Shown here: one piece after another, positions 37,150-49,483 of the stretch
Position numbering within the stretch: position 1 is the first letter of the stretch
How the letters are laid out: each line of letters begins with the position of its first letter
NCBI GenBank assembly: GCA_050575255.1
Contig: JBNZDD010013656.1
Span: forward strand, 1,210,706 to 1,274,705
DNA from: Harriotta raleighana
Lineage: Eukaryota
DNA length: 64,000 nt
Direction of reading: 5' to 3'
The notes under the pieces: model-generated
Told to the model about the DNA's origin: nothing
The model's input: the letters and a program-made list of their open reading frames with translations, nothing else
Database searches by the model: none
Made by a program: the position numbers and the translations under genes

Positions 37150-38470
37150 ATATTACATAGAGCATTGTTAGCCTCAGAGGGATATATCAATGGTAATTTG
37201 GCCAGAGAATTAAATGATGAGAAACTAAAAAGAACTGGTGACAGAGCAAAGGGATTTGGGTGTCCATGTCAGAAATCACTGAACCAATCTCAAAGGTACA
37301 AAAACTCATTAAAAAAGCTAATGAGCAGTTGAATATTTATCTCAAGGGGTCTGGAATATATAGGAAAGGAAATTATGCTTCAACTATATAGAGGAGTTGG
37401 TCAGACCCCAGCTGGAGTACTATGTTCAGGTTTGGGTACTTCCTCAGGAAGAATATATTGGCTCTAGAGGGGTTGCAGTACAGATTCACTGGAATGATAC
37501 CAGGGCGCAAAGGGTTAAATTGTGAGCACAGGTTGAATTCCCTTGAGTTTAGAAGGTTGAGGGGTGATCTGATTGAGGGTTTTGAAATAATAAAGGGATT
37601 CGATGACACAGAGCAACTATTTCCTCTGGTGGGGAATCCAGAACAACAACAGCAGCAACAAAATTACATTTATAGAGCGCCTTTCACGTCGGGAGGACAC
37701 CCCAAGGCACTGAACAGTCAGGATGGGACCCAAGCAAGGGAGAGGAGCAGAGTAGGGGGTAGGGGCAGGAGAGAGTTAGGAGCGGAGATTACATTTATAG
37801 AGCGCCTTTCACGTCGGGAGGACACCCCAAGGCACTGAACAGTCAGGATGGGACCCAAGCAAGGGAGAGGAGCAGAGTAGGGGGTAGGGGCAGGAGAGAG
37901 TTGGGAGGGCCGCAAAAGGCATGGTTGAAGAGGAGGGTCTTGAGACCGCCTTGAAGGAGGCGAGGGAGGGAGTGAGGTGAAGAGACTGTGGGACGGAGTT
38001 CCAGAGTGTGGGGCTAGAGAGGCTGAAAGTCCGCCCTCTGATGGTAGGGCGGGTTGGACGGGATACATGGAGCATGCCAGATCCTGCTGAATGGAGTGGG
38101 CGGGGAGGTTCATAGGGTGTTGGACAGCAGGTCGGAGAGGTAGGGGGCACATTCTTGAAATTAAAAGTAGGCCATTTAGGAGTGAAATCAAGATGGATGG
38201 TGGAAATTTGGAACTCTATCATGCAAGAGCCTGTGGATGCTGGATCCATTCACACTTTCAAGACTGAGGTGGATAGATATTTATTAATCAGGGTATTAAG
38301 GGATTAGGGGCAAGAGTGGGTAACAACAACAACAACTTCGATTTATATAGCGCCCTCCATGCCAGACAGCATCTCAGAGCACTTAATGGGAATTGAGGTA
38401 TAATTCACAATCTTATAGAATGATAGAACAGGCTTGAGTGGCTGAATGGCCTGCCCCTGTTCCTATTTTG
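37150..38470 (+). mobile_element. CR1 LINE 3' portion split by two L2 insertions
   Basis: Peptide 'ILALEGLQYRFTGMIPG...LEFRRLRGDLIEGFEIIKGFD'; resumes at 38142 ('aggggcacattcttgaaa'); ends with CR1 3'UTR 'gctgaatggcctgcccctgttcctat'. Confidence 0.9.
37646..38146 (-). mobile_element. Young L2 LINE 3' end with tandemly duplicated terminal 120 bp, nested in CR1
   Basis: Reverse-strand 'RPTIRGRTFSLSSPTLWNSVPQSL'; 37663-37782 is repeated at 37788-37907; CpGs largely retained. Confidence 0.9.
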
Positions 38471-39256
38471 ATCCAATAGATGATTCTTGTCATGGAGATT
38501 CAGGTTATTGTGCTGGCGTGCTGGTAGAGTGGAAAGTGAAGCCTTACCAAAAGGGCAGAATACACGAATACACGAAAGGAGAATGATTTGATAACGAGTC
38601 CAAAGTTACAGCAATTTTTTTTTAACTAAGTCAACTGGACTACTTTTGTTAACATGGGTAAAATGATGCAAGCTGTAGCATAGTGCTTGAAGCACTCACC
38701 TCACAAGCAAAAGGACCTAGGTTCTATTCCCAGGCAGGGTGAAACATTAGGCAATTACTCTGCACACCTCTGTTTACTGAGCAGTCAGTAGAAAACTATT
38801 TATGGACTGTATTAATTCTTTCAGAGACAGGTAAGTGAGAAGCAGGTACAAAGAAAGAAAGCTAGTGTTGGTCCCTTTGAGGAATTTAGTATACATTTTA
38901 GCAAATACGTCAAATATTTCCTGTAAATTATGTATTATTTAATTTTTAATAATAATCCGTACATTTGATTTACTGCCTTTCACATTGGGGGGACGTTTCA
39001 AAGGATTTCAAAGAATTTACTGTAAAGTAGAATGACTATATTTTGTAGATGATCCTGTATTTCTGCCACCAATGGAAATATTACTACCCTAAGCAAAATG
39101 AGGGTTTGTTTTACCTCTAGTTTTTCATTTTTGTATAAAGTCCATTTAGCAAATTTTCCATAGTAATACAACTGAAATTGCATCAATACCCAATAATCCC
39201 AATGCAGATTGTGTAAATTGTAATGTTCTTTCTTTTTGCAAAAACTTATTGGCTCT

Positions 39257-39580
39257 GGATTCCTGTAGCTCAGTGGTTTGAGCACTCGCATTACAATCGT
39301 GAGACCTGTGTTTGAATTCAAGCAGGTCAGGGAGAAACCTTGGGGAAGTTTCATTACTCCACACGCCTAATAATAATCCCTCAAAAAAAAAACATGCTAA
39401 TAAAATTGGTTATTTCAATCCATGACTGTTTGTGGGACACGGCTGTGCGCAATTGGAGGTTGCATTTTGCACACAAATGTACAGTCAATTCACTTTACAG
39501 TATATTCTCTGAAGCGTTTGAGACATCTAGAAGACGTGAAAAGTGCTATATCAATTGCAAGGATGATTATTATTATTATT
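39257..39580 (+). mobile_element. Deu-SINE, full length (younger subfamily)
   Basis: A box 'tagctcagtgg', degenerate B box, Deu core, L2-like tail and (tta)n. Confidence 0.9.
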
Positions 39581-40242
39581 AAAAAGGAGGCATTGTCAAA
39601 GACGTGTATTGCACTATGCTCCAGATATTCCATGTACTTCTCTATCAATAAAATCGGTATTCACTCCATGGCTGTTTGCGGACATGATGCACAAATTGGC
39701 TGCCACATTCACTCACAAAACACACAGTGTTTGTAATAATAATCCTTGCATTTAATATGACGCCTTTCCTGGTGTGAGATGGATATGCCAGAGGCAGAAC
39801 TGCTGAACTTGGTTCTACCTCTTGCCAAATTCCCAGCATTACCCTACACAGTCTACAGAACTCTGCAGCCTAAATGGGCGAATCCTTTGGGTAACCAGAA
39901 ATATGTCACTTTGAAGTGTGTCACGCTGAAACTGGAAGGGTGTTTCACAATGCCAGGGTTGGATGTCAAGCAACATGACATGAGAAGGGAAGGGAAGGTA
40001 AAGAAAGAGGGAGGTGAAGTGAGGCATGGCCAAAGAGGAAAGTTTTAAGGCAGTACTTCAAGAAAGATAGAGACAGGCCAAGGAACAAAATTCCCGAGGC
40101 TCAGCAAGATGTCTTTTGGGGATGATTTCTGAAGGATACTTATCAGAGAATAGGAATGGTTATTAAGAATCCCCAAATGGCCCCCAGCTGAGGGCAGGAA
40201 ATATTTGTTATCTCTGGATAAGTGCCCATTTTACTTAAGTGA

Positions 40243-41077
40243 GCACCAAAAGCCAGAGAACAAGGACTAAATATGGAGAATGTATTTTCTTTCTAATAAG
40301 GGTGATAATTCAGGGGGTTTTCTTTGGTAAGAGTGTTTAATACACCAACTAGTTGTACTGGTGCTATAACTTGATAAAATGAGATATCTGGACAAGGTTC
40401 TCCTACCCACTTAACCCCACTAAAAACATTAAGAATATACCTTCTTCTTTCCTTGTATTTAATATAGTGCTTTCACATCTTCCACACATCTCAACACCTT
40501 ATTATTATCAGCTAAATCCAGTAGCTACCGTTGTTTCAGAAGTGATTTTAATTTTAACTCTATCTCATGCTGCGTGAAAAAAGTTCGTGATTTCATACAA
40601 CAACAAAAATAAGGTTCCACCTCTTTCCTCTGAGCATGTGATGCACAACTGTGGGAATCTTAAATAAATTAATGATAGGAGTGGCATGCACTCCCTTAAA
40701 TATGTTATGCAGGTATTATTGTTGTAAGTTTTGAAGTTGTTGACTCATGAAGTAAGATAAGGTGGTGACCTACAGTTTTAAAGCAGTTTGCTATTTAATT
40801 CAGTTTAAGATCAAGTTTTCTCCCCAGCTATGACTTAGGTGGACTTAGCTATTGTAGCTACGGATAGCTTGCTTGTTTCACAATGCCAGGGTTGGATGTC
40901 AAGCAACATGCTTGTAGGAGAACCTTGTCCAGATATCTCACCTTATCAAGTTATAGCACCAATACAACTAGTTGGTGTATTAAACACTCTTACCAAAGAA
41001 AACCCCCTGAATTATCAACCTTGTTAGAAAGGAAATACATTCTCCATATTTATTCTGTGTTCTCTGGCTTTTGGTGC
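40243..41077. repeat. ~164 bp inverted repeat pair (40243-40406 / 40914-41077)
   Basis: Manual alignment gives about 9 mismatches over 164 bp; spacer about 507 bp. Confidence 0.95.
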
Positions 41078-42255
41078 AAATGACCATTCTTAGGTTTGCT
41101 CAGTTTCTTCTAGGAATAATGCAATCTATCTTAGAATATGCTTTATTTTTTAAAACATTTGTCTGATCACAATGCAAAGCCATAAAATAACAGAGTAAAC
41201 TTCAAAACAGTTAAATTGGAATTCCCTGTCAACTGAATCATAGTTCATTGGGTCTCCTCTTTTGAAACTTGATCCTGACCTGAGGTCTGGAAAATAATGT
41301 GTTGAGTCTTCTTGACAGAATGTACAAACCACAACTAAAGTTTAAATATGCAACAAATCCATCTCTTCACATGGCTTCCTGATGACTGCACAGGACATAT
41401 GGTCTAATGATTGGATTTTTTGGTCAGAGGCAGATACATGGGCAACATTTTTTGTGCAAGCAAATGCAGCAGAGCAGTCACCTTCTTTCACCATTCTTGC
41501 CTTTTTAGGAGCCACACCGCTGATGTATTGTTTATCACTGGGCCTCTCGCTGGGATCCACAGCATTGAGGATACATTTCATCGTCTTGCTTTACAAGAGA
41601 CTCCACAGTTCCTTTATAATAAGAAGAAACCTCGTATTTGATACAGTCCTTATCGCGACTTTGAGATGTCTCAAAGATGTTTTTTTCTGTAATAAGACAT
41701 GGTTATTGATCCTGAAATGAGGGTTCACTCAAACTGTGAGATTAGCCAGTTTCATTAGTATAAAGAAATACAAGCGTCTTTCTTGTACCAAGTGTTGATG
41801 GAAAAACTTTTTTTTACTGCCAAGGTCTGCTAGTTTCAGCTCTCAGATCTCTAGCTTTTACTACTTCAGACTCAGATAAGATCTTTTGGATTCAAGATGA
41901 AGTGTTTCGTTCAATCGGCTGCTAAGATTTATTTGGAACAAGAATGTTTTTTAATAAAATCTTTTAATGTTATTTGTAATAAATCTACAACATAAGGCTG
42001 TGATTTATCCTGCTGAAACACTTTTTAAATTAAAAGTGCACTCTCGCTTGTTTTTTCCACAGTCGCTGTAACTGCTGCTGGGAAGTCAGTGTGACATCCA
42101 AAGTTGCTGAATTTGTCATTCCCTGGTAATAAATAAGGGATCCAAAACCTACTATTTGCCGTGAGATCTAAATTTATTAAAATCGCTCCTGGAAGCTATC
42201 CCGCATGAAGAGTTCTATATAAATGCAAGTTGTTGCTTTAAAATACAAGACAAAA

Positions 42256-42311
42256 TGCCTGATGTGAAAGGCACTATACAGTATTTTGTATAGTGCTTTT
42301 CACATCAGGCA
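42256..42311. repeat. 25 bp-stem hairpin from tail-to-tail L2 3' ends
   Basis: tgcctgatgtgaaaggcactataca-gtattt-tgtatagtgcttttcacatcaggca; one G:U pair on the + strand. Confidence 0.9.
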
Positions 42312-45300
42312 GACGACCCAAGGCACTGGACAGTCAGGGATTTGGACCCTGAATCTTCCAGTTGTCGTGCATTTAATCTGGCTTGACTATATCTCTCCTT
42401 TAGTTTTCAGGTGAGCTATTTTAATTGTTTCTCATTCTGCTCTCACTTTCTCTGTTATAGAGTGTCCATTTCCATAAATAGGAATAATCTAGTCTTCAGC
42501 AGATTTCTCCACTCCCTTACTTATAACTTCCTCGACAATGTAAGGTATTCTCTATTGATGTATTTGTCAGCACCTTGTTTTTTGTTTGCTGTCAAATGTG
42601 TTTATTTTAACATGCTAATTATGTTATTATTTATTAATACTTTGCAGATCCATCGACTGGGAAAACCATTGGCCCTTTGTCAGCGAAAGGAAAGAATTTG
42701 CAATTTTCACAACACCTTCTCATGTCAAGATGTCTCAAACCACTTCACAGGTAATTGATGTGAAGCATAGTTACTGTTTTTGCAGAGAAACCTGGCAGTC
42801 ATTTATGCCAGTATTGTCCCACAAATAGCCATGAATTGAATAATCCCACAGTACAAATAATCTGTAATCTTACTTAAGCGCTCTGAGATACTGCCTCAGA
42901 GGAGAGCGTTATATAAATACAAATTGTTGTTGTTATACAATAGTCTTCTGTTAACAGTGGTTTGTGCTTATGTCAAACAGTACATACACAGAAATCCTCA
43001 ATGAAGATATCTTCGCATGTGCACAAATGTGTGTGTTGCCACCTATAATATTTTAAAAGGAATATTTTAAAATCGTCCTCAAAGTTTCTGTCGAAACTGG
43101 TTTCCGACATCAGAAATTCTACACATTTGATTGGGAGGATTTTTAAAATCCAGGACTGTCTGCTAACTGGGATGATGTCTTGTTTTAATAGGGTAAGAGG
43201 TAATTATCACGGGAGTGCAACACTGAGGCAGGTTTCTGTGGCTTGTCAACGTATTAGCCTCCCTAAAAGTGGTAAGCATATATAGCTACAAGAAAAAAAT
43301 ATCCTGGCAACAGCAGGAGCCCCAAAGTCTCAGATTTAACAAGGACCATCTGAAAATGTGAGACGAACAGCACATCGTCCATCTCAAGTCTGCCAATTCA
43401 TTTCCTGGCTTGAAAAAAGCTTGTTTCCTCTCAAACATGGCAGCACACCAGGGGAATTTTGAATGGAATCAATTGCACTTGTTACTAACTAAGTTTCCCT
43501 TTTATTCTTATGTTACTGAGACCTGGATTCTCAGCTGCAAGTAATTACGATGAAGAGTTACTGAGTAATGGCTTCCAGATTGCTGCTTGATGTAGCTTTA
43601 ATTAAAAGGGACAGTTTTAGAGTATGTACAATGGAAATGTGCTTGGTTTACACATACGAAAGAAACCTCCAGATGAAATAAAGAATATACTATTTGGCAC
43701 AGAGAAGTGCTTCCTATTAGATATGAGAAATCACAAAAATTGTCCTGCCTTTTTAATTGGAGCAGTCAAACAATATTCTCTTTGAGTGAAGAAAGGAAAC
43801 TATGGATTCAGAGAAGTCAGTATTAATAGCAAAAGGTCATGAACATTTTCAGACACCTGCTTCTCAGTCTCAGAGCGAGACATTAATGCTTGATTTTTGA
43901 AATGTAATCTCGGGTAATTTACCTGACTGAAGGAGCCATGCTGAGAAGATTATTCAGATTATTATGTGTGTTGCATTTAATTAGTCAGCGGTCAGGACAG
44001 GTAAATTCAACAGTTTAGCTTAAGATAATATATAATAAGAATCCTTGCATATGATGTAGCACCTTTTACGTTGGTAGGACATCGCAAAGCGCTTCACAGG
44101 ATTTACTGCATAAAGTGTATTGGCTTTATGATTCGTATGCTTCAATTGCATACAAACGCAATAATAGGGTGAATGTATGGAACATAAGAGGAGGCAATTT
44201 TCACACAAAGGAAAAGACATTTGTGATGTCTTTTGGCTAAGAAAACAAGCATCCTGACAGAACAGGCGATTTTAGAAGATATTTAAAACAGAGAACACGT
44301 ACAATAACATCGAGTGAAAGGCTTAGAGGTGTCAGGTTAACAGGAATCCTGCAGGATTAGGCTCAAAATACCTTTACCTTAAACCCTCCTTGTCCCTAAC
44401 ATAAAAATCAAACTTTATATCTAAAATAATGTGGTCTGATATGCCACCTGGCTCTATTTGCAGCCAACATTTTCCTGCTTGAACAGAGAGAGTTGAGGTG
44501 CAGAAAAGTGTTGGTCAGATTTGAATGCATTCTGCTACATCAAGTGAAACATGATGATGCTGGTACTTGCTCTACAACATTTTATTAATGTGGAAGGAGC
44601 CCTTTTTTATAGGAGAGCAATTTTAATCGGAGCAAATAATACCCTCAGAAGTTTTGTGCTAGCCACAGTATAGCACAGTTGCTGATAGAGTCATTGAGCG
44701 GTGATGGAGTGAGAACCCATTAGAAACCCACACTACCAAAGGCCAGTAAATTGTATGATAAGTACCGAATAAAATACACTTTCATCCAACATCAGGAAAT
44801 GTTTCAATAAAAGAAAAATTGCCAGTAGATTTTTTAAAGCACAATATTCATCTAAGTTATGGCTATTATTGGGCTTTGCACAAAGTTAAGATCACTTCTT
44901 TTGCAGATTTATTTCCAAGTTATTAAAACTTGTCAACAAGAAAATGCAAAGACAAAGAAAATGCAAAATTTAGCAGGATGCCCTGGGAGTGACCTGGCTA
45001 CCCCTGCTGTCTAGAAGTGGAGCTAAGCCTTAAACAGTTTCAAGGGTTGGGGGACCATTTGTAATTGGAATACCTGTGGAATTAACATTAACAGCAGAAC
45101 TGGGCCCAATTGCTATTTGTCATTGGGTGAGGAATGGTTGTAACCTTGAGCCTAAGGCAAAATCAAAGCTTGTATTTGTGGAAACTGAGCTGAACCTGTC
45201 CCATCTGGATTACAGATTTGCAAATTATGTTGGGTTGTGGTGAACAGAATATTTAGAATTTGAGACCAGACAGACTTACCCAGTAGTTCTTTGAGGCAAC

Positions 45301-45764
45301 TAGTGTGGAACTGAGTACATATATTGATTTTAGCCCCGCTTTGCTTGTGCACACAACTCGAATGTTGACGGAAATGTGACCATTCGAGTTGTGTACATTG
45401 GCTGATGTTCCTCTTTAAATGAATTCTCTTTTTCTCTATAAATGTTGTTTCTCAGAACAATTCTCCATCACAGACAAATTTAAATAGTGCTCAAGAAGCA
45501 TTTGCTTAAAGTTTCGTGCCCCTGAAAAATCGGCTCCACTATCCATGACTTGAAAGCTTGCAGCTGGAACCAGATATATGTGCTCTGCCAAAAGCCCGAT
45601 GTGCATTCGCACTTAATGTGTAATGGCTGAAAGCTACAAAGCAGATGTGCCATTCCTCTGTGCTTATTCTTCGCAGAATTGTTGCCTTTTCAATGGATAT
45701 TTCAGGGACAGGGTACTGGAGGATTTTTCATCTACTACTACACCTCCACTACACTTGACAATGG

Positions 45765-45950
45765 AATTCTGGGAGCTTCTCCCGGTGTCCTGACCAACAA
45801 TCTCCCCAGTAAAATTGTCATTCGCTTCATGAATGTTTGTGGGACCCCGTTATGCACAAATGGACTGTCAAATTTGCCTACAGTCATTCTACTTTACAGT
45901 AAAAACCATGAAGCTCTTTGAGACATTCTCCCAAAGTGCTATAGCAAATT
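45765..45950 (+). mobile_element. Old Deu-domain SINE fragment
   Basis: 'gggagcttctcccggtgtcctgaccaac...tgtttgtgggacc...gcacaaatgg' is the Deu domain. Confidence 0.65.
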
Positions 45951-47848
45951 GAGGAGTACTTTCTTTATTATGAATCTTGTAAAACACTTTGAGACTTTTC
46001 GACTACTTGATATAGTGCCAAATTAAATGTAAGGATTAAAAAAAAATAATACGTCTAATATACCAACAGAAAATGTATGCCACCTCTACATGAAAGTTAG
46101 CATCTGTACCATTTAAAGGTTCATTCACTAATCAGGATAATAAAGTGAAGTTTGGTGTAGCTACAACTTTGAAATGCTGATATTAAAGGAAATTGTGCAT
46201 CTAACATGTTGGCACACAGCAAGTTCCCAGTGACCTGTTGAACTATTAGTATTTTTCAATAGGTGAAACTGTGATTGTAGTAAATACCAGAATAATTGGA
46301 ATAAATTGGATATAATTTAGGGTATAAATGGAAATTCTATTAATAGTCCTTGTATTTGATATAGCACTTCTCACATCAAGAGGACAATCCTCAAGTGCTT
46401 CACAGAATTCACTACAAAATGTAGCAACAGTATTTTTGTAGGTACAGTAAATGCTTTCATAATAAGGAATTATAAATGGAGATTGCTTCCAGTGATCGGA
46501 ATATGCCATGCCAACCTGCAGAAACTCTGCCTCAATGAGTCTATTTCTAGGTCTGAAAATACACCAATTTTTGTTAAGGAATCTCCTTAACAATATGTTG
46601 TAAATTAAACCAGTTTGTACGTTTATTGAATAGCTTACAGTATAAGAGGGGAGGGGTGGTGGTTGCTGTTTTCTTGTGTGCATAAATAATATTTTGGATT
46701 ACAACAACTTTTATTTATATAGTGCTTTATGCATAGGGTAATGTGATTGCTTTATGGAGATGGTACAGAACACTGAGCAAGGGTGGGGAAGTTGGATATC
46801 ACTGTAGGCTCAGTCAAAAAGTAGGTTTTTAGGCAGCTTTTGAGAATAGAAAGAGACGGGACAACACAGACGGGTTTCCAGAGGAATGGGGAATAGTGGG
46901 TGAAGATGAAAGCTACATTGTCCCTTTCGATATATGTGAATTTTGTATGGACATTATAAAAAGCCAGAGCTAAAAACTAGCCAATGTTCAATAGTACATT
47001 GACACCCATGAAAATTCTTGCAATCCATTCTCCTTTTGACACCCAGCCACGAAAGACCCACCTGCTCAAGCTCACAGAGTATGGTAGAAGCAATTAAAAT
47101 GACAAGCAAGACTACTTGCCAAGGGATACTGCAGCTTTAATGAGTAGAATGAATAGCACAGCATCTATTAATGTCCTCATTCAGTCCCTGGCAGACAAAA
47201 GTGATAATAAATATTCCAATTGTGACAACATCCATCACGCGCTCACTCAGCGCACACGCAATTGCTGCCTTTTTGCCACTGTAGCGATTAAAAAGCATAA
47301 TGTAACCATCATTCCTGTCTCACTGCATACCATGAGTCACTTTTTAAATTGCTGAAGAGTAGTGGTCATTCAATCTAACCAAGAGCATGAAATACGTCAA
47401 CCTAGATTTAAGGTGGTTTTTACTTCTCACTCCTAAATGCATCCAGCAGTTTTCCCCTGCCTCTGCACCTAGGTCTGGAGCTTTTTAAGGTGTGTCTAAA
47501 CACGCTGTTGAAGATGTTCAAAGGCTGGACTGTTCCTCAAGACATCTGTTCAAAATGAAGCCTCGGTGGGTGGGAGGGATGGATTTTCTGTGGAAATAGT
47601 TTTGATACAGAGCACTGAAGGACTTTTTTTTAATTCAATACTTTGATCAACAGGTTCACAAGCATTGTATGACTGCTCTCAGCTGAGTCGATGCACAGTG
47701 TCCCAATGGAACTCATGGAATTGTGATTGTAAGAAAAAATGTATCCCTCCAACACACAGAGACACACACTTGTACATTCACACACATATACACACTTATT
47801 CATTCACATATTTGTGCAATTTCACTCACACTTACATTCATTCATTGT

Positions 47849-48119
47849 GGAGTCCTGTAGCTTAATATTTAGAGCACTCACCTTGCAAGCAAGAAACCTG
47901 GGTTCAATTCCAGGCAGGGCAAAACTTTCTTTACTCCACACACCTGATAATAATCGCTCCAAAAAAAAAAAAGTTTTTAACAATTCACGATTGACTGTGG
48001 CTGCCGCGTTTCACCTACAAAATATACATTCAATTCACTTTACAGTATGTTCTGTGAAGTGCTTTGAGATGTCTCGAAGATGTGAAAAGTTCCATATCAA
48101 ATGCAAGGATTATTATTAT
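47849..48119 (+). mobile_element. Deu-SINE with internal deletion, inserted in a CA/TACA-rich tract (47750-48195)
   Basis: Head 'ggagtcctgtagc...ggttcaattcc' and family tail present; part of the Deu core is missing. Confidence 0.85.
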
Positions 48120-49483
48120 ACATATTCATTCATACTTTCTCATAAGCGTACACACATATATTTGCACGTACAAATATATTCACACACATACATATGAAGA
48201 AACCATTTTATAGCCACAAAGCGAGCTTGTATATGTATTCTTTAAGAACAAAGAGCACATTTTCAGGATCCCATCCAACCCTCAAAGACCTTGAGAGCAG
48301 AAAGCTGTGAACTCTACAATATGAGACTGCAGGTGAAAATATTTAGGAACAATTGAAATAACAAACTATCCAATAAAAGAGAGGCTTTCATTACAACTGG
48401 TTATAATAACTAAAGAGCATAAGAAAGAATGGAAGGGGAAAAAAGGCTAGTTTGGCACATCAAGGCTGCACAAATCACAGACTATCATTGAAATCTATTC
48501 TATTCATTTAATCCCCTGAGGGATCATTCTGTCCAAATATGTGTCAAGTAGTCCATAGCAACTTAAATATCCCAAAATGTAAAGACATGTCAATATGCAT
48601 CCAATGCATTTTTTTTTTAAACTCTCCAAGGAGTATGAGTTTTTATATGGGTATACAGCATCTGTACAGATTCTGTATATAATAGGGGCAACACACAGCA
48701 TGTTGCAAGGCTTAGATATTCTACTATAGAATCTACTTCATAGAGCATCTCTCCCAAAATATGGAGAGCAGCAAGGCCTCACCAGCATCCTTACCAAATC
48801 CCAAATCAGTCATGGGGAGGGCAAGAAGGAAATGGAGACTAGCCATCCCACAGTAAAACAACTTCAAAAGCAAAATTGGGAAGATGTATTGCTTTAGAAG
48901 AATGCAGAAAATGAGAAGATGAGGAGGAGATAAGGACCAAGGAATCATCCTTGTGGACTGATCTTGTGCCAGAGTTATTGGGGGATTTATGATGGTGTCC
49001 ATTTCGAAGAGAGAGAATGGGTGGTCAGGAAGAAGAAAATCAATGGTGTAAATATTCCCATCACATCATCATGCTCTTTATAAATGTTTCTGCATTTTTT
49101 TTAACAATAACCTTAATGCTCTTTAATCTTCACTTTTACAGGTTGTTATGTGTTTGCACATAAGGTGTTTATCAATCCTCTTTGTGCGGAGTTTCATTGA
49201 CAACTTTTAGATGGTTTTACACTAAACTCCACGAAGAAGAGTAGGAGATCATGTACACTTATTATGCATGTCAAAGGATTAATTAGATTCACTGTCTAAA
49301 TGGATTTCACATCAACATGTAGAGAATTTAAAAAACCAACAGCACAAAATCAGGCTATTTGTCCCACCACGTTTGTTCTAGTGTATGTCTCCTCATCAGC
49401 CACGTTATCATACGTTTTCTAATCCCATGCTCATGCTCTCTCCTTATATCTTTTAATATTCTTCTGTGAAACCACACAAAGGT

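Noticed and set aside
37422-37838. 138 aa ORF with a polyQ tract
   Set aside because: Chimera of CR1 ORF2 and the antisense (AAC)n L2 tail; not a gene.
47739-48197. 152 aa His/Thr-rich ORF
   Set aside because: Read-through of CA-rich low-complexity DNA and a SINE.
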